Shown one piece after another: positions 27,541 to 38,992 of a stretch of 64,000 nt of DNA (the stretch's first letter is position 1; each line of letters begins with the position of its first letter). The DNA is taken from NCBI GenBank assembly GCA_000934665.2, contig KZ537976.1:62001-126000 (forward strand). The letters run 5' to 3'. The notes below the pieces were generated by a model, which saw only the letters and a program-made list of their open reading frames with translations, did not search any database and had not been told where the DNA came from. A program made the translations under genes and the position numbers. Origin of the DNA: Catajapyx aquilonaris (taxonomy: Eukaryota).

Positions 27541-28863
27541 TACACATCCTCAGCGACAGCATCGGACGGGAAGTCAGGAGGCTGGGACATCTGATCTTCG
27601 CAGACCTCCACGGCGACACTCACTGTCAGTACAGCTGACTAGGCCTACTGTTAAGGACTTTATTAGACACAAAATCAACTCAAAAATCAATTTTAAAATC
27701 AGCTGACTACTGACCAGGATGTTCGTCTACTTGACCACCGTCGTCGTACTCAGGTGTCATCCTTCGCCTGGCTCTGGACTGGTGCAACACATGCTCGGCC
27801 TGTCCTTCTACATCGCTTCCTCCACGTCCCACCACTGATGTCCTACCCGTGCTCGGTCTAGAAGCAATTATGTCGACAGGCGTTTTGAAAAATCCTTTCG
27901 AAACAATTGACTCCAAACCGAGCGCGGGTGGCAGTATAGTAGTGATCTTGATCTGGACTACGTCGGCATAGACAGGAAAGCCTTAGCGCTGGTCGGAGTG
28001 GGTGGGGCCTTGTCAAAAAGCCTGCCGAAGGAATCATTTCCAGGCCGAGCGCGGGTAGGACTGGGAAAGACCTTGCCAAAAAGCCTGTCTTTGGCACAGA
28101 CTTTTCGGCGAGGTCCCACCCAGTCCTACACACCATACTGTGTTTATCCATCTTGGTTGGTACCATAACTTCGGTTCCACGATCTGGCAGCACTGGTACA
28201 CATCCTCAGCATCGGACGGGAAGACAGGAGGCTGGTACATCTGGTCTTCTCAGACCTCCACGACGACACTCCGTACCGCTGACTAGGCCTACTGCTAAGG
28301 AGTTTATATTAGACTTTCCTGGCCGTTAAGCCCTTACACAAATGCACAAAATCAACTCAACAATCCATTTTAAAATCAGCTGACTACTGACCAGAATGTT
28401 AGTATTCTTGACCGCCGTCGTACACTCAGGTGTCGTCCTCTGCCTGGCTCTGGACTGGTACAACGCGTGCTCGGCCTCTCCTTCCACGTCGCTTCCTCCA
28501 CATCCCACCACTGATGACCTACCCGCGCGCGGACTGGAGATAATTCTGTCGACAGGCTCTTTGAAAAAATCTGTCAGGAGAATCACTACCAGGCCGAGCG
28601 CGGGTCGTAGTAGTGGTGATCATGATCTGCTCTCCGTCGGCACAGGCAGGAAAGCCTTGGCGCGGGTAGGACTGGGTTGGGCCTTGCCAAATATCCTGTC
28701 GAAGGAATCATTTCCAGGCCGAGCGCGGGTAGGACTGGGTTAGGCATTACCAAAAAGCCTGTCTTTGGCACAGGCTTTTTGGAAAGGCCCCACCCAGTCC
28801 TACACACCATACTGTGTTTATCCATCTTGGTTGGTACCATAACTTCGGTTCCACGATCTGGCA
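27541..28863. repeat. Tandem duplication of a 650-670 bp unit with internal sub-repeats
   Basis: Copy 1 is 27541-28190, copy 2 is 28197-28863; 28115-28189 is identical to 28789-28863. Motif ccaggccgagcgcgggt recurs in both orientations. Confidence 0.92.
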
Positions 28864-29689
28864 CGAACTTTGGTCCACAGATCCCCGATTTCTGTGGCAC
28901 TGGTCCCGCGCCAGGCTGAGAGTGGCGCTGCGCTCGTTAACCAGTCACGGCATAGCCTATCACAAAGGACAATTGTAACTGGTATCTAAAGCTGAAATAA
29001 AAGTTTTAATGGCATTTTAAGAGATCTATTAGGTCGCACGAGAATTTCGTCCCAAGTACGAGAATTTTGGAAAGTTGGTACGAGGATCCGAAGCTCTGCG
29101 TCTCCCACGCTTCACCTCTTCCGGACAATCGAGGCTGCAACCGTGATGAGATGATCTCCCCCCACGTCGCTGTGCCAGGGATGTCGGGTGTAAGGACTCT
29201 TCACTTCCGGCTGCAAACTCTCCTGGTGGTCTCTTCTGCCCACTTCCGGACTTCTCACCGCTGAACTCTGGACATGCATGACTTCGTGACCTCCCTGCCA
29301 CGACTGCTGCTTCCACCACTGCTGACTGCCTGCTGGGCTGCTACAACTGTTGGATTTCCTCCTCCCTCACCGTTGCCTAGCCCCCTGATGTCGGATCTGC
29401 TAACCGTGAAGACCCTCGCATTCCCAATGGTTATGGAAAGCCTCTTCTGCTCGTACGGTAGTTCTTCCTTCCGTCCGATAGCTCGGTCCCAGTATAGTTG
29501 ACTGGTTGAGGTTCTGTTCTCGTCTCTCTGCTTCGTATTGCTTTGCTGCTGAGGAAAAATTGATATGACCAAGGTGCGTGATGGTACATGAACGTGGATG
29601 GGTGAAGGAAAGTACTGGATGCGAGGAGTTAGATAGGAGTGCCCACCACCGAGATGGTCCTGAGGCCCCCTTGGCACATTGCACTGTGG

Positions 29690-30910
29690 CAGTGGCCTTG
29701 GACAGTGCACTTACCAGTCATATTAGATCACGACTGTCTTGATGCGTGTCTTGGTGGTTATTTTCCTTATGCTTTTCTTGCATTTTTACTGGACACAGAC
29801 AGCAGCAGTGGCGAAAGCGAGACCACAATCACTCGGGTGGTCGAAAAGATGACCTCCAGTAATGAGCTCAGACACGAGTAGTTCTTGAATGGAATAACAA
29901 ACTCCTGACTGAGATCATTATTGGAAAGCAACTTACACATAAGCAGGTCGTGGTTTTGTTTGCTGAAATAATTATTGTCATTACTATTACTAAGCAAGCT
30001 ACAGTATCAATGTCAGCAAAGTTGTCGGTCATTTGGAACTTTAGCAAGATATTATTCGTACTCGGCTGTTGGACTGTGGCCTTGGACTGTTCACTTACCG
30101 GTCATTTTAGATGACTACTGTCTTGATGAGTCTCCCTTGAAGCACACTGCCGAAATAAAAGTACTGAAACAGAAGCGAAACAAAATTGCCAGAGAACAAC
30201 ACGCTGGCCTTCGATTTTTGACCCGATCCCTGCCCAATGTCACGCTCAGCACTATTGAAAAAGATATTAGACATTTTGTTGCACTAGCAATAACAAACCT
30301 CCTTCTGTTGTGCGATGACCAGTGGGTGCCACGTTGGTCCTGCCCAATTTGATGAATGCAGGCGACGAATGTACACTGATTCCGTCAAGTTCGACGCACT
30401 CAGGAGGTACGATATGGTGAACCCTGTGTTGGTCATTAGGGCTGAGAAGCACTTAATATATCATTAGATGACTCTCAGTTCTAAGTACCACCTCAGGAGT
30501 TGACCTCTCCAGTCATCTGTCCCCATCCCCATACCCAGCCAACACCCGAAATGATTTCTTTTTCACTGAATTCGTCGGAAAGCGAATGCTGTGAACCCTG
30601 CGATGGTAATCAGTCGTGAGAAACATTTAATATCATCGCCACATTAGATGTCTCTCAGTACTGACGACCACCTGCAGGAGTTGACCTCTCCATTCATCTG
30701 TCCCAGTAGGAGCTTCTCACAACACGAGTCCGTCACTGCTGAAATAAAAGTCCTGAAACAGAAGCGAAATAAAATCGCCAGAGAACAACACGCTGACATT
30801 CGGTTTTTGACCCCATCCATGTCCAATGTCACGCACAGTCACCATCATCTCCATCCCCATACCCAGCCAACACCCGAAATGATTTTTCTTCTTCACTGAA
30901 CTCATCGGAA
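29690..30910. repeat. Cluster of short diverged direct duplications
   Basis: About 29691-29743 matches 30076-30128; 30145-30245 matches 30734-30834; ccatccccatacccagccaacacccgaaatgattt occurs near 30523 and 30851. Confidence 0.88.
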
Positions 30911-31916
30911 AGTATTTGTGTTTATTTGGACGATTACGACTTTTGAGCGTGACATTACGCTTGAAAATACAGTAACACGAGTCTATTTCGTCATGGATGG
31001 GACTATTTTTTTGTCATTGGCAGTGATAAGTATCTCTCAGCAGGATGTAATTAATTCAACAAACTACCGTCTAATTACTCTAATAGATTAAAACACCACC
31101 ACCAACAACAACATCATCACCACATATCCCTATAAGGTATAGTCAGCGATGAAGGGAGACGCAAGTTAACCCAACATATTATAAACTAAATAATAACTTT
31201 TCAAAATAAAACTATAAACCTAAACTGTAATTAATGCTTATGAGTCATGAATTTCTTTACGCTCATTGGGCCGATAATGAACGACTATGAAACACGGACG
31301 TAACATTTCTGGACTTTGAATTTGGCGCGTTATAGCTGATTCATTGGAAGAATTGATGAAAAAGTGCAATAAATGTCGCCCCGTGGCCAATTGTCAATAG
31401 ATTTGGCTCTTGTTAAAAGGTTGGCTTTGGTGACGTAACTAACTAATAGATTACAATAGTGATTATTTGAGTACAATAAAGAGGGGGGGGGGAAGAGGAA
31501 CTGTCACACCTGTAGCTCTTTTTATATTGAGCAGAGCTTGAAAAAAAAATCTAGTCAAAAACAATATTATTTTTAAACCAATGATTCTACCGACACCGAA
31601 TTTCTACGTGGTGTAACGAAGTGTAATAAATATTTTCATATACGCGGAGTGCTTTCTTGGTTTTAAAAAATGTATTAGACTTTTACTCATCGAAAAAGTA
31701 GATTATAGAAGGGCTCTGTCCGTCCGTGGACAGATATCAGGGCATAAACCGTAAGAGTATCGACAAAATATTTTTGGAATCACATTCAGCGGACCCTAAG
31801 TAGGTTTTGAATTTTCATCACAATGAGAAAGAGACTCTACACAAATCACGCTCACGTGTGATTTGCCAATCTTGTTTAGAGTCCAAGCTTACTCGTTTGC
31901 ACTTCTCAACTGCAGC

Positions 31917-33199
31917 CTTTCATTAAAAGCAGCATAATTATGTGACGAACTAGACTCACGCGGGGTGGGGGGCTATTTCGTCAAAACAGCAAATAATGAT
32001 ATATTTTATCGACCAACAATGAAGCCAGATATTTGTGAAAATAATTTTCAGAATTTGACAGAACCTTGGTAAGACTCATTCAAAAATATCGACGCCTTAA
32101 TACGCGAGATCATTACTCCATTATCCACACACAAATGTTAAAAAGGGACGAATATGGATTTCTCACTTTTTTGGTAGGGAATTGAAATTTTCACTTGTGA
32201 ATGTCTTGTAAGTGAGGCATTTTGAGCATAATTAGTTTTCCCTCCAGCTTTTCGTATAGCAAGATTTCCCATGCTCGTAAAATAAGAGGCAAATGATTTG
32301 TTTAAATTGTGCGCACAAATGCGCCTGCATGGTGTAGCATGATTGTAAAATGTTAAAAACGGAGTGTTTAGGAAAATTAAGTACCTGTTGTTGTAGCGCA
32401 TGGATTGAGGATTGTGAAGACAAAATAAATGATCAGTAATTGTTACGCGGTATTAACTTGCAACAGTAAGAAAATGTTCACAAAATTTGAAGTTCAGCTA
32501 GGCATACAAACGGGAGGAAGTTCGACAAAGTTATGAAATTGGCTTTAGGTTGCCCTAATGGTAATTGGGAAGCTATCAAGTAAGGTTTTATCTGCGTCTA
32601 GCCGCGGCTCGGCAAATATTTTGCGAAATATTTGCGAAAGCGACATCACACAGTGGTCAATATCATAAAAAAAGAGAAAATGATAGCTCAACTAAACCGT
32701 TTAAGAGCGTAAAAACATGTCTCCCCATGTTTTCGGGGTCACTGATTTCGAAATGTAGATTATTTTGAGCATCAACCTACAGGGTGTTCCAAAACAAACA
32801 CCATTGCATTGAATAACTTCTAGAACGTTATGAATAGGCGAAAATAATATTTTCCCATATGTTCTGGGAAGCCTAATTTGATTTTTAGCCATTGTTGAAA
32901 CCAGACCTACAGTGTGGATCAAAAATACCACTATCGAATTTAAGGTTTCATAGAGTAAATTGTATAAGTAGTTGTAAAAATTGATCATAGTCCATTAAAA
33001 TGGTTGTGAGATGAATAACATCAATGCTTTAGTTCAGAATAGTTCTTAATTTTTATAAATTAATTCATTTAGGTAACTTTATTACAGTACTTTCATTAAA
33101 AGCAGCATAATTATGTGACGACCTAGACTGACGCGGGGTGGGGGGCTATTTCGTCAAAACAGCAAATAATTTGATATTTTATCGACCAACAATGAAGCC
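31917..33199. repeat. About 110-bp near-identical direct repeat pair (31917-32026 and 33090-33199)
   Basis: ctttcattaaaagcagcataattatgtgacga...atcgaccaacaatgaagcc occurs twice with few differences. Confidence 0.92.
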
Positions 33200-33965
33200 T
33201 GATATATTTATTATGATAAACGTATCCTGAAAAAGCGACTATTCAATACTGAATAATGAAATTTCTCTTATGGTGACCTTCAGGGTGTACTGTAACTAGA
33301 AAATCATAGTCCAGGTGCTAATCTCGGCGAGACGCAATATATTTTAGAAATGAAGACACCTGAGAGGCGCATACTAGGAAGGATCAATTTATGCCCTAAA
33401 CTGAATTTAAAAGGTCATACATTAATAATATTTCTACCGTTTTCAGAAGCACAGTGTGTTTCCTACAGTTTAGAGTGCTTCAATTAGAAATAACTACATA
33501 TAATTGAAACCAGCAATCGCGATTTTGTGCAGAAACATTATTTTCACCTACTTATATTATTTATTCAACGAGATCTCAAATTTGACAGTGTTTTGGATAC
33601 AAGCTGTAGGCCGGGGTTCAATAGAGCCTCAAAATCAAAATCAATGTCCGCCCACACACGGTAAAATATTATTTTCACCTAACCGTACTTATAATGTAGA
33701 TTTTACAAGTTCTTAAATTCGATGGTTTTTATGGTACACCCTGTACATCCTAGTTCTAAGCAACCTAAAAATCAAAATTTGGATCGCCAAAACATCGGAT
33801 ATGATTTTTACCTACTTGTAATGTTTATTCTACACATTCTTAACTTCCATAGTGAAATATTGGTACACCCTGTAGGTCTAGGTTCAAAATGACCTAAAAA
33901 GCGACATCAGCGACCGCGGAGGGGCTATCATTTACTTTCACATTTTTTCTGATATTGACCACTGT
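32650..33965. mobile_element. Old element with long diverged inverted arms (about 32650-32990 and 33530-33965)
   Basis: acagtggtcaatatca versus tgatattgaccactgt at the ends; internal tacagggtg/caccctgta motifs; ORF-track translations 32701-32988(-) and 33504-33716(+) align (GKILFSP). Superfamily not determined. Confidence 0.6.
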
Positions 33966-34039
33966 AGGGCGGATGTATACGACAGCAACAAAAGAATGGA
34001 AGTCCAAAAATCTAAAAGAAATTTTAGCGAACTAATGTG

Positions 34040-34355
34040 CACTAATTGAAAAAGATAATTGACATTTTGTTGGCACTAGCAATTATACATACCTCCTTCC
34101 GTTGTGCGATGACCTGTGGTTGCCACGTTGGTCCTACCCATTTGGATGAATGCAGACGACGAATGTACACTGATGGCGTCAGGTTTGAAGCACTCAGGAG
34201 GTACGGTATGGTGAACCCTGTGTTAGTCGTTAGGACCAAGAAGCACTTAATATCATTAGATGACTCTTGGTACTAAGGACCACCTCAGGAGTTCACCTCT
34301 CCATTCATCTTCCCCAGTACCTATAGGAGCACTTCACAGCACGAGTCCGTCACTA
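34040..34355. repeat. Dispersed copy of 30250-30520 / 30590-30735
   Basis: Shares tgccacgttggtcct...gatgaatgcag..gacgaatgtacactgat...gcactcaggaggtac..tatggtgaaccctgtgtt, visibly alignable over about 300 bp. Confidence 0.9.
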
Positions 34356-37300
34356 ACTTGTCATAGGGTCGCCCCAAGAAGACGCACTTACACGCGACTG
34401 ACGTGACCGGACCCTACCCGAAGACTACTGTAGTTGCTTCTTGCACCTTTCTGGCCAGGCCCCGGTAATATGATTTTTGCGAAAAACAAGTCATCCTCCA
34501 ATGGTGAGTGAAGAGGAAACCCGTGACATACGGAAGGGAAATTTAGCACAAGGCTATAAGAGGTCAAACCAGAAGGATAGAGTTGATATGCTCTCAGCTT
34601 TGCTTTATTGCATTTACGCCGGGATTTTCCTTTTGCTCGCCACACTCAAAAGGTAAAAGAATCGTGTGGTGAAATGTGCCGGCAGAACTGGAAATGAAAT
34701 TAGGATTTCCGAAGGCAAGAAAATTTCGGACTAACTCACCCTGGATGGGGCTATATATTCATTCTGAGTGCTCCAGCAATTGTGTATATAGGTGAAAGGT
34801 GTTTGTCCCAGCAGCCTTCACCTTGCTGGTGAAGTGATTGTTGCACAGCACCACGATACTACTGTTGGAAACTTTTATTATTGACATCGACATTGATCGA
34901 GCTCTCACAGCTCTAACAAATCGAGGCGGACGCACCAAAATATATAATTACTATCCAATTACTGTAAAAATCGTCCGGAAAAATGTACCTCATACACTAA
35001 CTGCAAATTACAACCGAATCATGGTACGTTATTGCATACTGGTACTTAGAACAAAATATGTATTATTGGTAACTCAGTGTCCAGCGCTTCCATCACTCTT
35101 CTTTACCTGATCCACTCCCCAACAAACACGGAATCCTGCCCAGTTCTTCTCCCCTCGCTTGGTAAGCCAATTAATATTTCAGCACCATGACAACAATGGA
35201 AACTAATGGTTTGGAGCCGTTTTTGGACCCTCGAGTGCAGTAATTGCTCCTTGAGACTAATTTCTCCTCTGGCAGAATTGATGCAAGTCACTTACACTAT
35301 TCCCGGCCGATAATCCGTCTTCTCTTTTCCCCACGCGGAGTTTGCAGGACGGAAAATGAGACTTTTCTTCTCTCTAATACGGTTATTCAAGCCTGGGAAA
35401 CGCTTATCCTGACAGAAAATGGAAGCTCCCCTCCTAATTATAGAGCCTGGGTCCCACACATACAAAAGGAGTTTGCTCCGGAAGATCGTTTTCTGCCTTT
35501 TTGCTTCCGTCTCTGAAAATCCGGGGGACGACGACGACGACGACAACGAGATGCTTCTTAAATCCTCCCCAACCACCCCCTCGGTTTATCGCCCGGAGTC
35601 TGGCGGGACACATCGTGGGTCTGGAAACCACCTGTCACCTTCCTTCATTACGGCCTCATCGTCTCTATGATGCCGTCATAGTCCTTCCGGTGACAAGAGA
35701 GTGATAAATGAGTTCCTCACCGCCTCACTCGGCTGGATGTATGAAAAAAAAATTGAGACGAGGTTGGTCGGGGGAGAAAAGCGACTTTGCGAATTTTCCA
35801 AGAGACAATTTTGGTCGCGAAAAAAAATGAGAACGTTGCCTGAATGAAGGATCACGTCTCTGCTAGATTAGCACATGCAAAAGTTTCGTTATGGAAAATT
35901 TTTGAGTCTGTGCCTCTGTTTGTCCGGGGTGAGTCATCATCTCAGATCCGATAGGTGCATGTACTGCCACTATTCCTCGCACGACCCTAAGTGGCATCAG
36001 TGTGCAGATTCTAGATCCTGCAAGTAACTCTTCCAGAGTAATATACACCTTAATGAAATTTTGCAAAAAAAAATTTTGGCATGTCACGAAACACAGTCCT
36101 AGACTTGCTGTCAAAATGATTGCTTCCAGGAAAAATCAAACGGTCGTGACAGGGCTACATTATCCAGCAATGGGAGAGAGCCCCCGTCGTTCGGGTGATT
36201 AAACACAGCCATTGGTCATAGTCCCGAGCTTCCCGGACTAATTGCAGTACGTGACACCTATTTTTCAGCCGCAGTTTGAGCCGCCTCCCTGCGATGCCTC
36301 CTATTCTTTATAGCCCGCCAGACGACTATTGTCGGTAATGAGGAAGGCTCATGGAGAATTCCAGGAATTGTCCGGGGGAAACTTGGCGCCTGGAAGGAGG
36401 CAGTATGTGGGCACGAATCAGGCGGGAGAATACCCGTCGTAAATCAATTTCCGTGCGCAGTTAGATGGGACCCACTGCTAATTTGGGTACGGAGATGGTA
36501 CCGCCTCGTTCGTGTTGTCTGCATTCTGGACGCCTCTGGCAAGCACGGCGACGATTCTGTCTCTGATACCAGTAGCCGCTACTTGGGAATAATAATTATT
36601 CCCAGGAGTACACACAGAAATGTTCGAGTACCAGACACAGTGATCACTATAGTTAGTTAAAAAAATCTGTAGACGCCAGACCAACTCAAGTTGTCCAAAA
36701 TTGTCCTGAGGATTGGTTTGAGGGGCGCCAAGAAGTCACTTCATGAGCAGACAAAATGTCGCGGATTGCGACTTGGTTTTTATTGTCTGGGGATGGGAAG
36801 TGGGGCTGGCAAGTTGTGATAAAGGTTTAAGTGAGTGTGGTTGATGGGCGTGGGAGTAATTCGGGCGATGTCGTTTACAAGTTCAAGCAGGAAAAGTTGG
36901 CAGATTCAATTGCGTTTGCTCACTCGGAGACTTTTATACGGAAGTAAATGTGCTGGGTAGGATATCCTAATTCCACGTTTCTAAAAGCACTATTCTAAAA
37001 CTAGATTTTTGTTCGACTGTATAGAATTTCCTGGTGAACTCGCAAGAAGCAAACCGTATTTTAAAATCCTATTTTGGTGTATATAGCTCCAGAGCAACAT
37101 GCCCAGGTTCCGACCCCACCGGATTGATTTTCCTGTTCGCACAATAATAAAATTACGGTTGTTGGCCTCCCCTTTTCCTGCACTAAATCTAGCCCAGGGC
37201 AAGACATAAACCTGGGAATGAAGTTTTGTGAAAGCACTGGACGCATTATGGAATTTACCAGCAAGGATTCACTGCGTGTGTTTGGAATTGCTGGTATGTA

Positions 37301-38109
37301 CCGTACTGTAGAATAATAACATTGCAGAGGATGCGGGGATCATCTTAGACAATAAAACAGAAAGTTTTTCTGTTTGTATATCCGGGCTACCTCTAACCCA
37401 CTTTCAGACTACTGAGAGTTCTGAAACCTGACACCTTACATGCCTCTGATTGAGGGAAAAGTTTGAAAACTGCACTTTTTTTTGACCCTAACCGCCCAAA
37501 ATATATTACTTTTCTTGTATTTTATAAACATGTTACAGAAATTATTCTCATTTCTACCATGCAACGTGAACCGGAAGGTGATTTCCGGAGAAGCGACACT
37601 ATTCAACTGCAGAAGTTGAGATCGATTTTTTTTCTCGCTGTAACATTGGTATAAAAAAAATTGTTCGTTGGGCAAGCTCTCATTGATGGTCACGCTCATA
37701 TTGGGAGCTCTGGGGTGGGCGGAAAGAGACGCATTAGCTCGTATGTGTGTGAGGGGCACAAAGGATCCCTGGGCTCATTTTTGGGGGGGAGGCAGGGCCA
37801 TAGCTTTCCCTTATGCACGTGTCCAACTTTGGCGATTTAGGAGGCCTCCGCTCCCGTGAATAAAATCGCACTTTTTTATGTGTGTGTAAAAGAGTGGGTG
37901 GAACTGGGCTGGGGTGGGGATTAGTAGGGCTCGCGAAAATGTGGGAGGTGAGTGTGAACTGTGCTAATCAGGGATGGATGAAGTTGGAATTTCTGGGAAG
38001 GGTGCAGAGTGACTGTTTCGCACGTATAAAAATTGTCGGAAGCTGAGAACTAAATTTCCAGCAATTTTTTTCTGGCTTTAAAAAAAAAAGTTTGACAAGG
38101 CAGGGTAAA

Positions 38110-38992
38110 TCTATATCTATATCTATAATCTATATCTATAAATAAGGAAGTTTGTCAGATGTTTGTCCCTTATAGAAATCCTGGGGAAGGCCCCTACACC
38201 GCCTTAAATTAGCATATCGGGGGTTACATTTTTCAAGGAATTTAATGCCGCATGTTTCAGCTTCCGAAAATGTACCTAACTCCCACAACACGCATATTCC
38301 CGAATCTTCTCTCTTCTCGGGCCTTAACAATTAACTTACAACAATATATCAATTCAAATTCCCATGGAAATGCCCTTATGCAAGTTCAATACCTAGCAAA
38401 TTAAACCATCGACGGTAAATTCAACGCATGCACCAATTGCGCTAATAATTGGCACCTCACGTGAGTTCGTATCGTATGGTCATTCCGGGATTTTGTGGGA
38501 TTAGAAAGTAGACTTCCAGACAAAAATAAATACAATAAAATAATACAGCATTTACTAATATTACTCCGTGTTGAAAATATTTCTTCCACCATGCATCTGT
38601 ACGTCTGTACGTACATTTCTAGAGTTCTTCAAAGCAAACATATGGAACGAGATGGAGGTGTGAAGTGGGGTTGGGGGGTCAAGGGGTCAAAAATGCAGGG
38701 GGAAAAACACACGGCTGTGCAGTCTTTTCTTGGCCCAACTCCATCCGCAATCCTCTTTTTACACATCCAATCAGAATATCTGTGTCGACTACACTATAAG
38801 ACAAGCAGGTAATCTATCACAGAGAGTGACAAACTTTGGCTTATTGCAACTTATAAGGCCTATTTTAAGACATATCGAGTTTCGAGTGTACGGAAGGGAA
38901 ATTTTTACAAACAAACACACTTCCTAAAATAGTGTATATGTACCCCTTACCAGCACCCCAACATACCCGGGCAACGCCGGGTAACCTGCTAG
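38110..38992 (+). mobile_element. Non-autonomous Helitron
   Basis: 5' A|TCTATATCTATA...; 3' hairpin TACCCGG-gcaacg-CCGGGTA (38964-38983) followed by CTAG|T; inserted between A and T with no TSD; no RepHel ORF. Confidence 0.85.

Noticed and set aside
27541..28863. Repeat array as a CRISPR locus
   Set aside because: Eukaryotic intron, irregular spacing, non-unique intervening sequence, no cas genes.
31680..31810. DINE-1/Helentron-like start with tgtccgtccgt
   Set aside because: Only a short motif resemblance; element boundaries could not be defined.
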